DNA of 64,000 nucleotides from an uncultured Bacteroidales bacterium (GCA_963705125.1 CAVPIY010000010.1:45885-109884), one strand, 5' to 3'; counted from the stretch's first letter, positions 29,150-40,509 are shown. A program made the numbers and translations. The notes: generated from the letters alone by a model not told the origin.

Positions 29150-32100
29150 ATGGACCGGTTCTTTATTACATATAGGAATCCTTTAACGCTGGCTATTCTT
29201 CTGGTAATGCTCGGGGGAGTGCTGGCCTACAGTAAACTGCAGACAGCTCTTTTCCCGGAGATCACTTTCCCCAAAATCAAGATCATAGCCGATGCCGGTG
29301 AACGCACGGTTGACCAGATGATGCTGACGGTTACCCGACCGCTGGAAATGGCCATTAAAAAGGTTCCCGAGCTGAAAACAATACGGAGTGCAACAAGTCG
29401 CGGAAGCTGCGAGATATCAGCCTTTCTGAACTGGGATGCCAACATTGACCTGGGTCAGCAACGGATAGAATCCAGGATCAATGAGATCAGGAACAGCCTT
29501 CCGGGTGAAGTCGAGATTACCGTCGAACGCATGAATCCCTCCATCCTGCCTGTTATCGGCTATACGCTGGAGGGGAAAGGGCGTTCGCCGATCGAATTGA
29601 AATATCTTGCTACCTATACCGTGAAACCTTTTCTTTCGCAGGTGGAAGGTGTTTCAGAAATACGGGTGATCGGCGGCAAGGAAAAGGAATTCTGGGTTGA
29701 GCTTAACCAGGCCAAAATGAGCGCCCTCGGCCTGACTCCCGAAAAGATCAGCCAGGCCCTGTCAGAAACCGATTTTATCAGATCCAACGGATTCATGTCC
29801 GATTACCGGATGCTTTACCTCTCGGTGACGGACATGATGATCAGGGACAAAAGCCAGATAGAGAACCTGGTTATACAGAACGACCGCAAAAGGATAATTG
29901 CGCTGAAAGATATCTCCCGGGTCTCGATCAGGGAGGCCAGGGAATATATCAGGATTAACGCCAACGGACAGCAGGGCATCCTGATCGCCGTGATCAAGCA
30001 GCCCAATACGAACCTGATCGAGGTCTCGGACAGGATGGCAAAAAAAATAGCGGATCTCAGGCAAATTCTACCTGCCGGTGTGCATATCCGGCCCTATTAC
30101 ATCCAGGCGGAATTTGTGAACGACACGGTACGGAGTGTCAGCGATGCCATGTGGCTTGGCTTGTTCCTCGCCATCATGGTGGTCATCCTGTTTCTCAGGT
30201 CGCTCAGAGCTTCCGCCACCATACTGCTCACCATACCGGTGACTTTATTGCTGACACTTGTCGTGCTGTATGCCACGGGGCAGACGCTGAACATCATGAC
30301 ACTGGGTGCCATTGCCGCCGCCATCGGACTGGTTATCGATGATTCCATAGTGGTTGTGGAGCAGATCCACAGGACACATGAGGAAAACCCCGCGGCGTCT
30401 TCTGCTGAGCTTGTTCAGAAGGCCATCCGTTACCTTTTCCCCGCCATGGTGGGATCTTCATTAAGCACGATTGTGATTTTCCTGCCCTTTGTTCTGATGA
30501 CGGGTGTTGCCGGGGCCTATTTCAAGATCATGACCAATGCCATGATCATCACCCTGGCCTGCTCCTTTGTTGTATCCTGGATTGCCCTGCCAGTCATCTA
30601 TCTTTTGCTCACCCGGGAGGGGAAGGATCATTCCATAACGCCCAAAACCGGGGTCAGGAGCCAGAGATGGGTAAGCTTCTTTATGAAAAGACCCTGGATC
30701 AGCCTCTCGTTCACGGGAATGCTGGCACTCTCCATATTTGTTCTCCTTCCCGGAATTGAAACCGGGTTTTTACCTGAGATGGATGAAGGATCCATTATTC
30801 TCGATTATTTATCGCCCCCGGGAACATCACTGGAAGAAACTGACCGGATACTCCGTGAGGTGGAGAAGATCATCGTTGCGATACCCGAAGTGGCCACTTA
30901 TTCCAGGCGAACCGGCACAGAGATGGGTTTTTTCATCACGGAACCCAACAGCGGAGATTACCTGATTCAACTGAAGAAAGGCAGAAAACGCTCAACAGAG
31001 GAAGTCATTGAAGATATCAGGATCCGGATTGAAGCCACACAACCTGCACTGCAAATTGATTTCGGGCAGGTTTTCGGCGATATGCTGGGAGATCTGATGA
31101 AATCGGTTCAGCCCATTGAAGTGAAGATCTTTGGCAACGACCGCAGAAAACTGGAAGAATATGCAAAACAGGCGGCTGATATAATTGACCATGTGGAAGG
31201 CACCGCCGATGTGTTCGACGGCATGATCATCACCGGCCCTTATGTGAGTCTGGAGCCCGATGCTTCCAGACTTGCGCAATTCGGATTAACGCCCGCCAAC
31301 CTGCAATACCAGGCCCAGACATTCCTGGAAGGCAATATTATCGGAACCGTGAACGAGAAGGAACAGTTCACCAGGGTGAGGATGATATACCCGGGAAGCA
31401 ACCGGGCAGGAGTCGGTGATCTGAAAAAGCTGCAGGTTTTTCTTCCTGACGGAAGATTAAAATCAGTCGGCGACATGGCACAGATCAGGATCATCGCCGG
31501 TGATCCGCAAATACTGCGTGAAAACCTGCAGAATATGGGCGTTGTGACAGCCCGGTTAAGTGGCCGTGACCTGGGCGGTGTGATGCAGGACATACAGAAA
31601 GAAATATCCCGGAAGCTTGAATTGCCTGAAGGGTATTCGGTTGTTTACGGCGGTGCTTATGCAGAACAGCAGCAATCCTTCAGTGAGCTGCTGATCATCC
31701 TGGTTTCTGCCTGTTTGCTTGTATTTTGTGTGATACTTACACTTTACAGGGATTTCCGGGTGGCCCTGGCCATCCTGGTTATTGCCATACTGGGCATTTC
31801 CGGCTGTATTTTAGCCTTGAATCTCACCGGGACCCCGCTCAACGTGGGCAGTTATACCGGACTGATCATGATCGTAGGTATCATCGGGGAAAATGCCATA
31901 TTCACCATTCTTCAATACAGGGAAGCCCGCCTGGAAAAGAGTGTGGATGATTCAATTGTATATGCCATTTCAACCCGTCTTCGTCCGAAGCTGATGACCG
32001 CAATCGGGGCTATTATCTCCCTGATGCCTCTGGCCATAGGAGTTGGCAGCGGGGCCCAGCTGCACCAACCGCTCGCCATTGCCATTATCGGGGGTTTCAT

Positions 32101-32167
32101 TGTGGCCATCCCGCTGCTCCTGATTGTTTTACCAACAGCGATCAGGATGTTGTATGCGGATAAATAA
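29150..32167 (+). CDS. RND efflux permease (AcrB/CusA-like)
   Basis: LFPEITFP, LNIMTLGA...IGLVIDDSIVVVE, RLRPKLMT, QPLAIAIIGG. Confidence 0.95.
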   Translation: MDRFFITYRNPLTLAILLVMLGGVLAYSKLQTALFPEITFPKIKIIADAGERTVDQMMLTVTRPLEMAIKKVPELKTIRSATSRGSCEISAFLNWDANIDLGQQRIESRINEIRNSLPGEVEITVERMNPSILPVIGYTLEGKGRSPIELKYLATYTVKPFLSQVEGVSEIRVIGGKEKEFWVELNQAKMSALGLTPEKISQALSETDFIRSNGFMSDYRMLYLSVTDMMIRDKSQIENLVIQNDRKRIIALKDISRVSIREAREYIRINANGQQGILIAVIKQPNTNLIEVSDRMAKKIADLRQILPAGVHIRPYYIQAEFVNDTVRSVSDAMWLGLFLAIMVVILFLRSLRASATILLTIPVTLLLTLVVLYATGQTLNIMTLGAIAAAIGLVIDDSIVVVEQIHRTHEENPAASSAELVQKAIRYLFPAMVGSSLSTIVIFLPFVLMTGVAGAYFKIMTNAMIITLACSFVVSWIALPVIYLLLTREGKDHSITPKTGVRSQRWVSFFMKRPWISLSFTGMLALSIFVLLPGIETGFLPEMDEGSIILDYLSPPGTSLEETDRILREVEKIIVAIPEVATYSRRTGTEMGFFITEPNSGDYLIQLKKGRKRSTEEVIEDIRIRIEATQPALQIDFGQVFGDMLGDLMKSVQPIEVKIFGNDRRKLEEYAKQAADIIDHVEGTADVFDGMIITGPYVSLEPDASRLAQFGLTPANLQYQAQTFLEGNIIGTVNEKEQFTRVRMIYPGSNRAGVGDLKKLQVFLPDGRLKSVGDMAQIRIIAGDPQILRENLQNMGVVTARLSGRDLGGVMQDIQKEISRKLELPEGYSVVYGGAYAEQQQSFSELLIILVSACLLVFCVILTLYRDFRVALAILVIAILGISGCILALNLTGTPLNVGSYTGLIMIVGIIGENAIFTILQYREARLEKSVDDSIVYAISTRLRPKLMTAIGAIISLMPLAIGVGSGAQLHQPLAIAIIGGFIVAIPLLLIVLPTAIRMLYADK

Positions 32168-32303
32168 TACAACAAAACGGTTTGGAATTCACCTGTAAAT
32201 GGATTATGATGAACCCGGATTATGAGAAAGGGATCAGAAAACTGCATTTTCTCACCTGATTATTGATCAAAAATTCATATATTGGTGCAGGATAAAGCAA
32301 ATC

Positions 32304-33119
32304 ATGATCAATAATGCCCGTGTGGTTATGCATTTATTCCCGGGACAAAGACATATCGCAACCATACTGACCCTGTTATTTGTTGCAAATGTGCTTGCTC
32401 AGAATTCTGCAGATTCAGCAAAACGAAACTGCCTGACCCTGGATTTCGGATTAAATCAGATAAAAGAGGAGAATATCCATCCCAAAGTCCATTCCGGGAC
32501 AATAACAGGGCTGGAGTATAGCCACACCCTGGAGACTAAAAATATTTCAGAATGGGGATTGAATTTTCGATATTCACGGCTGAAAACAACCTATGAAGAT
32601 CTCTCTGCTTCCGCCAACATTCAGATAGCGGCCCATTACCACTGTCTGTTCAAGGCAATTTCACGGCAAAGATATACCTATGCTGTCGGACCTGAGGTGA
32701 AACTGAACTATAATATCGGCCTCTATCCGAACTGGGATGAAAGTCACCTGTACTGGGCAAATGCCTTCTCGGTGGGCGTTGACAATGAATTCCGGTACAA
32801 AATCTCGGAAACAGGATTGTTAATTCTCAACGGGTATATTTCGGTTGTGTCTCTCCTGAGCCGGCCGGATCCAAACAGGCAATACAAGTTTGATGATCTG
32901 TCATTCGGCGGCGTTATGGATAGTTTTCACAGCAATATGGTAGCCGGCACAGTCAACAAGGCCATCAACTGCGTTTTTCAGGCGGAATACAAGTTTGGCG
33001 TCAGCACCCGCCTGTCGCAGGGTCTTTTTTACCGGGCTGAATACAGCAGGATGAAGGGAAGCCCGGCCCTGCCCTTTCAGCAGAACATACATCATGTGGG
33101 TTTAAAACTTTATTTCTGA
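32304..33119 (+). CDS. Probable outer-membrane beta-barrel protein
   Basis: Signal peptide, alternating beta pattern, C-terminal VGLKLYF; stop overlaps the next start. Confidence 0.65.
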   Translation: MINNARVVMHLFPGQRHIATILTLLFVANVLAQNSADSAKRNCLTLDFGLNQIKEENIHPKVHSGTITGLEYSHTLETKNISEWGLNFRYSRLKTTYEDLSASANIQIAAHYHCLFKAISRQRYTYAVGPEVKLNYNIGLYPNWDESHLYWANAFSVGVDNEFRYKISETGLLILNGYISVVSLLSRPDPNRQYKFDDLSFGGVMDSFHSNMVAGTVNKAINCVFQAEYKFGVSTRLSQGLFYRAEYSRMKGSPALPFQQNIHHVGLKLYF

Positions 33120-34180
33120 TGAGAAAGATCTTTTTGCTCCTGTTATTGTATGTTGCGGCCGCCTGCCTGAAAGATGAGCCTTTCAAGAGGCCCTATGCAG
33201 GCTTTGAACCGGCGCAGGGGTCTGAGGGGTGGGAGATATCCTCACCTGAAAACGAGAACATGGACCGCAGCATACTGGAGCAGACCTATCAGCTGGTATA
33301 CAGCGACGAAAGATACCTGATGGCCCGGAGCCTCCTGGTTTTCCGCAACGGCAGGCTGGTCGCGGAAGCCTATCCGGACGATCCGGACGATATCGGCAGA
33401 TACTACAATATCCAGTCGTGCACCAAGTCGGTCACCTCGCTCATCACCGGGATTGCGGTGAACGAGGGGAGCATCACTTCGCTCGACGAGGAGCTGTACA
33501 GCATTTATCCTGAATATTTTGATGCGGATGAGCGGAAGAGGACCCTTACGCTCGAGGATGCGCTCACCATGCAGACCGGACTGGTATTCGACAATGGTGA
33601 GAGCACAATGCCCCTGTATACAAGTGAAAACACGGTTCAGTTTGTGCTCTCGCAGCCCTGGCTGTATCCATCGGGCACCATGGTGAACTACAATGACGGT
33701 GCTCCCCAGCTGGTTTCCAAGGCCATTGAGGTCAGAACCGGAAAAATCCTGGAAGATTATGCCGCTGAGAAGTTGTTCCATCCCCTGGGTATAACGGAGT
33801 GGAAGTGGGAAAGGGCTGGCGACGGGACCACCTTTGGCGCCTTCAGCCTGTACCTGAAACCGCGCGATTTCGGCAAAATAGGGCAGCTGTTGCTGCAATA
33901 CGGAAAATGGCAGGGTCAGCCCGTCGCCGACAGCAGCTATCTCGCTGCAGCCACCAGCGTGCAGGCCTCCCTCAATTTCAGCAATGAGCCGTACGGCTAT
34001 TATTTCTGGATCCTGCCTGAATACAGGGGCTTTGCCGCCGAAGGGCACGGCGGGCAGTTTTTGCTGGTGGTGCCTGAGAAAAAGCTGGTTGTGGTATACA
34101 CCGCCTGGCCCTATACCAGCGGTGATTTCTTCGACCAGGGCAGTGAACTGATGCGGCTGGTTGTCAACAGCTGTTACTGA
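33119..34180 (+). CDS. Serine hydrolase lipoprotein (class C beta-lactamase-like)
   Basis: SCTK (SxxK), NYND, YGYYFW, GHGGQ. Confidence 0.9.
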   Translation: MRKIFLLLLLYVAAACLKDEPFKRPYAGFEPAQGSEGWEISSPENENMDRSILEQTYQLVYSDERYLMARSLLVFRNGRLVAEAYPDDPDDIGRYYNIQSCTKSVTSLITGIAVNEGSITSLDEELYSIYPEYFDADERKRTLTLEDALTMQTGLVFDNGESTMPLYTSENTVQFVLSQPWLYPSGTMVNYNDGAPQLVSKAIEVRTGKILEDYAAEKLFHPLGITEWKWERAGDGTTFGAFSLYLKPRDFGKIGQLLLQYGKWQGQPVADSSYLAAATSVQASLNFSNEPYGYYFWILPEYRGFAAEGHGGQFLLVVPEKKLVVVYTAWPYTSGDFFDQGSELMRLVVNSCY

Positions 34181-34322
34181 CCTGGCGTTCGTTTTTCAGC
34201 TATTTTTCCTGGTTCTGAATAGAAAGAAACTATTGTTGGCAAAGGTTACTCACTGTTGTACATGAAAGCGCTTCGCTAAGTTACTCGTTATCAATGTTGA
34301 GAAGACTTCGCCAAGCAGGGGT

Positions 34323-34478
34323 ATAGGTCAACTTATGAGAACAATTTATAATGGCTATTTGCCTGCTGATAAACATGAATTCAAAATAGATACTTCAGAT
34401 TTGCCAGATGGATTATATTATATTTCGTTAAATTCCAATACATTTTCAACTATTCAGAAATTAATGATTACTAAATAA
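34323..34478 (+). pseudogene. Orphan T9SS C-terminal domain fragment
   Basis: IGQLMRTIYNGYLPADKHEFKIDTSDLPDGLYYISLNSNTFSTIQKLMITK-stop with no upstream gene. Confidence 0.7.
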
Positions 34479-34560
34479 TGTTGAATTTGTACAAAGGTAT
34501 ATAAACCAACACTTTAAGATTATTGTAAGCATATATTAATATAAGACACTCACTTATTTG

Positions 34561-34582
34561 CCCCGGTTCTTTAGAGCCGGGG
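34561..34582. terminator. Hairpin between convergent genes
   Basis: CCCCGGTTCT-TT-AGAGCCGGGG. Confidence 0.6.
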
Positions 34583-34678
34583 TTTCTAATTCATGTCAAT
34601 CTGTTTAATAATTTTACACAAGCTGTCCAGGTCAGGTATTTACCACGAAAGGAAAGAATCATGCAATAAAAACCAAGC

Positions 34679-37600
34679 CTATTCTTTAACCACCTTAATC
34701 ACAGCATTTTTCCCTTCATTTGCATAAATCTCAACGATATAAGTCCCTTTAGTCACATCAATTATTACACTAAATCTTTTGGTTGATCCCAGCTTTTGTT
34801 TTGATACTATCTGACCGGTAAGATCTTTTATTACAAAATTAACATCTGTATAGACATTGCCAAGATCCACTGTCAACTCTCCCTTTGTCGGATTTGGAAA
34901 TACAATTAACGCAGGATCTAAATCATTTACAATGATTCCCGTAACCGTAATTTCAAAACATTCTGAAGTGTCAACGCATCCACCTTGTGATACTTCAACC
35001 GCATAGCTTCCACTTTCCATGGCTGAAAAACTTTGACTCGTTTGACCCACTATCTTTGAAAACGCATCGGAACATTTCAGCCATTGATAGGTTGCATCAG
35101 ATACATTGGAAGATAAGCTATTTCCAACTTGTGTAACCGATGTGTCTACCTGATTAACTGTTAATTCAAGATTAATTACAGAATCACAACCATTAATATT
35201 TGTCAATATCACTGAATAATTACCCGGAGTTGTAAAAATGGAATCACCTATTGGTATTTTTTCTCCTTTACAAATTGTTTTTATCAAATTAGTAATATTA
35301 CATGGTGCACCATACTCAAATGCTCCTAAATCAACTGTAAAATTGCCATTTCCCAACCCGTCAAATATCCTGATCTTCCCTTCAAAGTCTCTTTCGGAAT
35401 CGACAAATTCATTGGAACCCTCATTAATACAAGGAGAAGTTGATTGGAGATGATAATCATTATTATACAAATCAATAAATAAGGGATTTTGATGGATATT
35501 CGTTACTTCTTGAAAAATACCTTGTAAGTCCATGGAGTTTAACCAGAATCCATTGCTATTCAATGTAACAGAAGTTGTATCTTCATTTACAATTCCCTGT
35601 CCATTGCTGCAAAAGATATTATTGGCAATTCTATAATCATTTTTGTCAAAATTTTTATGAGTGGATTTAATTCCTGCAGAAGTATTTTTCGAAATAATAT
35701 TATTGACAATTTTGGGTTCAATCCAGTCGTCTCCGCTACAATATATTCCGGTACTATTACTATGGATTAAATTATTATAGATTTTAGCGCCATTGTATCC
35801 GTTTGAAAGGTATCCATCCCAGGCATTTAATTGAATTCCATTTCCATTGTTATTATATATCTGGCAATTCTGAATTAAAGGACTGCAATTGCCTGTTTTT
35901 GGGATGGTGCAGCCAAACATCCAATCTCCCTCACCCGTGCATCTAATGCCTTCTAGCGTATTATTTCTTATTATACAATTCGTTATTTCGCTGTAGTTGC
36001 CTCTGTAAGAACAACCATCAGCCCATGCATACACTCCCAAAGCAGTTGTTGCATATTCAATGATGCAGTAATTAAGCTTGCAGTGGTCAATTGTCCCTAA
36101 AAGACCAATGCCTTCCCAGCTTCCGGGAATGCCTGAAGTTGAGGTAAATCTGACAGGATCTTCCTTTGTTCCGTTTATTTCCAGACTTCCGAAACAACTC
36201 AAACGAATCTGCGCTCCTGACATGGCAATAACCTTGACGCCTTTCTCAATGACCAGTATTTCATTTTCTGGGATGGATACCGAACAGCTTAAAAGATAGG
36301 TTTTACCGGTAGCCCATGTCCCGGATACTTCTCCACAAATAACAACTACATCATCGTTGGTATAATAAAACTGCCTTGGAGAAGTATAGTTTAACTGATT
36401 TTCAAGGGAAATTTGAATTATTGCAGTACCTTCAGGATTCGGAGGGCAAACAACCGTTAACATTGTATCACTCCAAAATTTATAGCTCAATGATTCAATT
36501 CCATTGAATAATACTTTCTTATTGTTTTTTTGACTCTCAAAGTTCTTCCCTTTAAAGGTAATTTCCTTGTTGCCTGAGGTTGTTGCAAATATCTCAATAA
36601 TATTCGAAATTTCAGGCATTACCCTGGTGTAACTTGTACTTAAGTTGGTTACCCTATTAACAGGATTGTGGGCAATTCCATTACCGTCAATCCAGATACT
36701 GTAAAAATAACCGGGAATAACGGGGTCCGGCAAAGCAAAGTCAATCAATGAAGGATTACTGGAGAAGGCTTCGTTTCCAACCGAAAGCAGATTTTTACAG
36801 AGAGTAAGATCAACATTGCTAATTGAATTTCTTCTAAATGATTCATTACCAATGGAAACCAGTTCTGTGCAAATGGATAAATCCAGACTATTTATTTTAT
36901 TGCTTGCAAAGGCAGAGTTGCCAATATTATTAAGTAAAATAGAGCCAGACAGATCCAACGCTGAAATGGAGTTATTATTAAATGCATACTCGCCAATGGA
37001 ATCAAGGGATGCACATACTGATAAGTCAAGGCTTATCAGATCGTTATCATAGAAAGTATAGTCCCCGATGTATTTGAGTGATGATGGCAAAACAACCGAA
37101 GTAATGCCTTTTCTGCTGAATACACCTGCATCCGAATACCATCCATCAAGGGTACCGGTGACAGTCTGCCCATCCAGAATCTGGGGAATGATGATGTTCT
37201 TCAGTTCAAAATTGTAACTGCAGCTTTGTATGATCCCGTTTTCGACAACAACGTCACTATCGGTAAGAGTGTATGGAATAACAAGCACATAGAAGGTATT
37301 CATATCCGTTGCAGAGTTAATGCCTGCTGTATAGCTATTATTGTTGCCGTCCTTCCAACTGTTGTATATAGTACCCTTGTAAGTTACAGTAGGTAAGGTA
37401 AATTCACTCAGTGAATAGTTGTTGAAAAAAGCCCGATACCCTATCCACTTCAGGTTGCCACATCCCGTCAGATTTAACTGGGTGAGCTGATTATTGGTAA
37501 AAGCTGATTCTTCAATGGATGAAAGCGCTGTACATGAAGAGAGATTCAGAGTCGTTATTTTATTCCAGGCAAAAGCTGCTCCGCCAATTGATCTAAGCGC

Positions 37601-38830
37601 CGCACAACCTGATAAGTTCAATGATGCTATGTTATTTGATTGGAATGCACTGTTGCCTATAAGTTTGATCAATGTACAGCCGGAAAGATCCAACGCTGAA
37701 ATGGAGTTATTATTAAATGCATACTCGCCAATGGAATCAAGGGATGCACATACTGATAAGTCAAGGCTTATCAGATCGTTATCATAGAAAGTATAATCCC
37801 CGATGTATTTGAGTGATGATGGCAAAATAACTGAAGTAATGCCTTTTCTGCTAAATACACCTGCATCTGAATACCATCCATCAAGGGTACCGGTGACAAT
37901 CTGCCCGTCCAATGTCTGGGGAATGATGATGTTCTTCAGTTCAAAATTGTAACTGCAGCTTTTAATGATCCCGTTCTCGACTACAACATCACCATCGGTA
38001 AGAGTGTAAGGAATGACAGGCACATAGAAGGTATTCATATCCGTTGCAGGGTTAATGCCTGCGGTATAGCTATTATTGTTGCCGTCCTTCCAACTATTGT
38101 ATATCGTACCCTTATAAGTTACAGTAGGCAAGGTAAATCCACTCAGTGAATAGTTGCTGAAAAAAGCCCGATACCCAATCCACTTCAGGTTGCCACATCC
38201 CGTCAGATTTACCTGGGTGAGCTGATTATTGGTAAAAGCTGATTCTTCAATGGATGAAAGCGCTGTACATGAAGAGAGATTCAGAGTCGTTATTTTATTC
38301 CAGGCAAAAGCTTGTTCGCCAATTGATCTAAGCGCCGCACAACCTGATAAGTTCAATGATGCTATGTTATTTGATTGGAATGCACTGTAGCCTATAAGTT
38401 TGATCAATGTACAGCCGGACAGATCCAACGCTGAAATGGAGTTATTATTAAATGCATACTCGCCAATGGAATCAAGGGATGCACATACTGATAAGTCAAG
38501 GCTTATCAGATCGTTATCATAGAAAGTATAGTCCCCGATGTATTTGAGTGATGATGGCAAAATAACTGAAGTAATGCCTTTTCTGCTAAATACACCTGCA
38601 TCTGAATACCATCCATCAAGGGTACCGGTGACAATCTGCCCGTCCAATGTCTGGGGAATGATGATGTCTTTCAGCTCAAAATTGTAGCTACAACTTGAGA
38701 TAACTCCGTTTTCAACCACTACATCATTATCGGCTAAAGTATATTGTTGTGCATTAACATTATATAATACTGCCATTATTTCAATGTTGATAATAAAGGT
38801 AATTTTTGTAATAGAGATCAGGTTTTTCAT
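34679..38830 (-). CDS. BspA-like leucine-rich-repeat surface protein with IPT/TIG, beta-helix and T9SS CTD
   Basis: L..IG..AF..N LRR_5 repeats in three 735-bp units, then ITFKGKNF (IPT), NC.I.NN beta-helix, DLGAFEY, VFPNPTKG CTD; likely start 38830. Confidence 0.92.
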   Translation of the reverse strand: MKNLISITKITFIINIEIMAVLYNVNAQQYTLADNDVVVENGVISSCSYNFELKDIIIPQTLDGQIVTGTLDGWYSDAGVFSRKGITSVILPSSLKYIGDYTFYDNDLISLDLSVCASLDSIGEYAFNNNSISALDLSGCTLIKLIGYSAFQSNNIASLNLSGCAALRSIGEQAFAWNKITTLNLSSCTALSSIEESAFTNNQLTQVNLTGCGNLKWIGYRAFFSNYSLSGFTLPTVTYKGTIYNSWKDGNNNSYTAGINPATDMNTFYVPVIPYTLTDGDVVVENGIIKSCSYNFELKNIIIPQTLDGQIVTGTLDGWYSDAGVFSRKGITSVILPSSLKYIGDYTFYDNDLISLDLSVCASLDSIGEYAFNNNSISALDLSGCTLIKLIGNSAFQSNNIASLNLSGCAALRSIGGAAFAWNKITTLNLSSCTALSSIEESAFTNNQLTQLNLTGCGNLKWIGYRAFFNNYSLSEFTLPTVTYKGTIYNSWKDGNNNSYTAGINSATDMNTFYVLVIPYTLTDSDVVVENGIIQSCSYNFELKNIIIPQILDGQTVTGTLDGWYSDAGVFSRKGITSVVLPSSLKYIGDYTFYDNDLISLDLSVCASLDSIGEYAFNNNSISALDLSGSILLNNIGNSAFASNKINSLDLSICTELVSIGNESFRRNSISNVDLTLCKNLLSVGNEAFSSNPSLIDFALPDPVIPGYFYSIWIDGNGIAHNPVNRVTNLSTSYTRVMPEISNIIEIFATTSGNKEITFKGKNFESQKNNKKVLFNGIESLSYKFWSDTMLTVVCPPNPEGTAIIQISLENQLNYTSPRQFYYTNDDVVVICGEVSGTWATGKTYLLSCSVSIPENEILVIEKGVKVIAMSGAQIRLSCFGSLEINGTKEDPVRFTSTSGIPGSWEGIGLLGTIDHCKLNYCIIEYATTALGVYAWADGCSYRGNYSEITNCIIRNNTLEGIRCTGEGDWMFGCTIPKTGNCSPLIQNCQIYNNNGNGIQLNAWDGYLSNGYNGAKIYNNLIHSNSTGIYCSGDDWIEPKIVNNIISKNTSAGIKSTHKNFDKNDYRIANNIFCSNGQGIVNEDTTSVTLNSNGFWLNSMDLQGIFQEVTNIHQNPLFIDLYNNDYHLQSTSPCINEGSNEFVDSERDFEGKIRIFDGLGNGNFTVDLGAFEYGAPCNITNLIKTICKGEKIPIGDSIFTTPGNYSVILTNINGCDSVINLELTVNQVDTSVTQVGNSLSSNVSDATYQWLKCSDAFSKIVGQTSQSFSAMESGSYAVEVSQGGCVDTSECFEITVTGIIVNDLDPALIVFPNPTKGELTVDLGNVYTDVNFVIKDLTGQIVSKQKLGSTKRFSVIIDVTKGTYIVEIYANEGKNAVIKVVKE
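36640..38745 (-). repeat. Intragenic 735-bp tandem repeat x3 (third diverges)
   Basis: Equivalent positions 38732, 37997, 37262; units near-identical at DNA level. Confidence 0.92.
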
Positions 38831-39151
38831 ATCAGTTTGGGTGTTAAAAATATCCATTAACACTAATAATCCATTAATTTGTTACATTCACAATTAATTT
38901 CGCAAGTCTGCATTGACTTTTTTGCTTTTTCTGTCATTCATAACGTTTATTAAAAATAACAATTATCCTGATAGTATTTCACTATTGTCCGACTAAAATA
39001 TGGAATCATTAATTGTACACAGTAAATAATAGAATATCAGTACGTAAGATATTTAATTATTGATTTTTCTTATTTGGTTCAAAAGACTATAACAGTATTT
39101 TTGCTGACTTCATAAAAGTTGGTCAATCTTCTAGAGTGCTTTTCTAATAAT

Positions 39152-39345
39152 GGCTCATCATAATAATTCGTATCTGGATAAATGCAGAGCATGAATTTTT
39201 AAGATAAAGGGATCGAAATCCCTGTATCCGTATGCTTTTCTTTTAAGGACCTTGATTTTGTTATTGAAGCCTTCCAATTTTCCTGTAGAAATTCGATGCT
39301 TGTACCAGTTGAGTATGCCGGTGTAGTGTGACATCAGAGTTGGGA
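39152..39345 (-). mobile_element. ISL3 family remnant (transposase C-terminus and right end)
   Basis: ISTGKLEGFNNKIKVLKRKAYGYRD; GGCTC terminus at 39152. Confidence 0.85.
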
Positions 39346-39605
39346 AAAAAGCCTGACTTGGAATAGTAATGAGTAACGAGTGACGCGTTACAAGTGAGTA
39401 TTGTGCTATGTATGCGGGCATGGAATACAAATCTCTGATCTCTTGCCCACTGATTGCTCATTTCTCTCTCATTACTTTTTCAAAGGCTGTGCACTTCAAT
39501 TTTCTCCACCTTCACTGGCGCTTCGGCGGATACAATGCACCGTCCATGGACACCCCACGCACCTGGCGACATGTAATAGATTGATCTTACTCAAAAAAAA
39601 TTTAA

Positions 39606-39880
39606 AAATCAAATTATGCATTCCCCAAGTGCTAATCAATGCCCCGCGGTGCAGGCCAGTCAAATCGGCGGGCCTGTTGTGGCGTGACGCAGCCGATGAG
39701 CGTGCGTTAAGCGGGATGTGTGCCGGCCGGAAATCGGCAAGGATGTGGGGGGAAGCATCGATTTGACTTGAATTTACTTTGCAACTTTCTTTGTTTCAAG
39801 ACAAAGAAAGTTGAGGAATTAGGGTGTTTTTAGTTATTCAATTAGGGACCATATTTTTAAACATACTAAGGGTCTCATTA
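39606..39880 (+). repeat. Dispersed structured repeat, copy 3
   Basis: Aligns with 2737-3010 over its whole length. Confidence 0.9.
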
Positions 39881-40023
39881 CTATTCCAATTGCGGTAGAC
39901 AAAAGTAGAAATGAATAATGAGATTCGTTTACCCCATGTTTTAATTTGGAATTCATACAAAATAGAACTAAATTTCCTTGATACCTTATTCCCAATTGTA
40001 ATAACCCAAAAATCATCATTAAA

Positions 40024-40509
40024 ATGAAAAAGATTTCTTTCCTGACGCTTACTGCAGCGGTCATCCTGGCTAGCTGCCAGCCGAAAACTCCGGCTGTTGA
40101 CCTGAAAGCTGAGGCTGAGGCCATCCGAAGCCTGGAAGACCAGTGGCTGGCTGCCAACAAGGCAAAAGACATCAATAAAGTCTTACCCATTTTTTCGTCA
40201 GATGCCGTTGTGATGGAAAAAAACATGCCAATTGCTGTGGGCATTGACTCCATTCAGAAATCATGGGAAAAATGGTTTTCTGATACCACTTTTATGCATA
40301 ATTCACTTACCGGGACAACCGACAATATTGAAGTTTCTGCTTCCGGAGACCTCGGATACGCCAGGGGAACCAATCACTACAGCATAAAAACACCGGATGG
40401 GACAGTCGAAATGGATGACAAATATGTTGACATCTTTAAAAAGACTGGCGGAGAATGGAAGTGCATTGTAAGCATCTGGAACAGTGACAAACCAATGGAA
40501 GGCCAGTAA
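40024..40509 (+). CDS. SnoaL/DUF4440 (NTF2-like) lipoprotein, paralog 1
   Basis: LASC lipobox; EVSASGDLGY, GEWK...IWNSD. Confidence 0.85.
   Translation: MKKISFLTLTAAVILASCQPKTPAVDLKAEAEAIRSLEDQWLAANKAKDINKVLPIFSSDAVVMEKNMPIAVGIDSIQKSWEKWFSDTTFMHNSLTGTTDNIEVSASGDLGYARGTNHYSIKTPDGTVEMDDKYVDIFKKTGGEWKCIVSIWNSDKPMEGQ

Noticed and set aside
33119-34180. Bona fide beta-lactam resistance gene
   Set aside because: SxxK fold only; YND and GHGG replace the YxN and KTG motifs, consistent with a general serine hydrolase.
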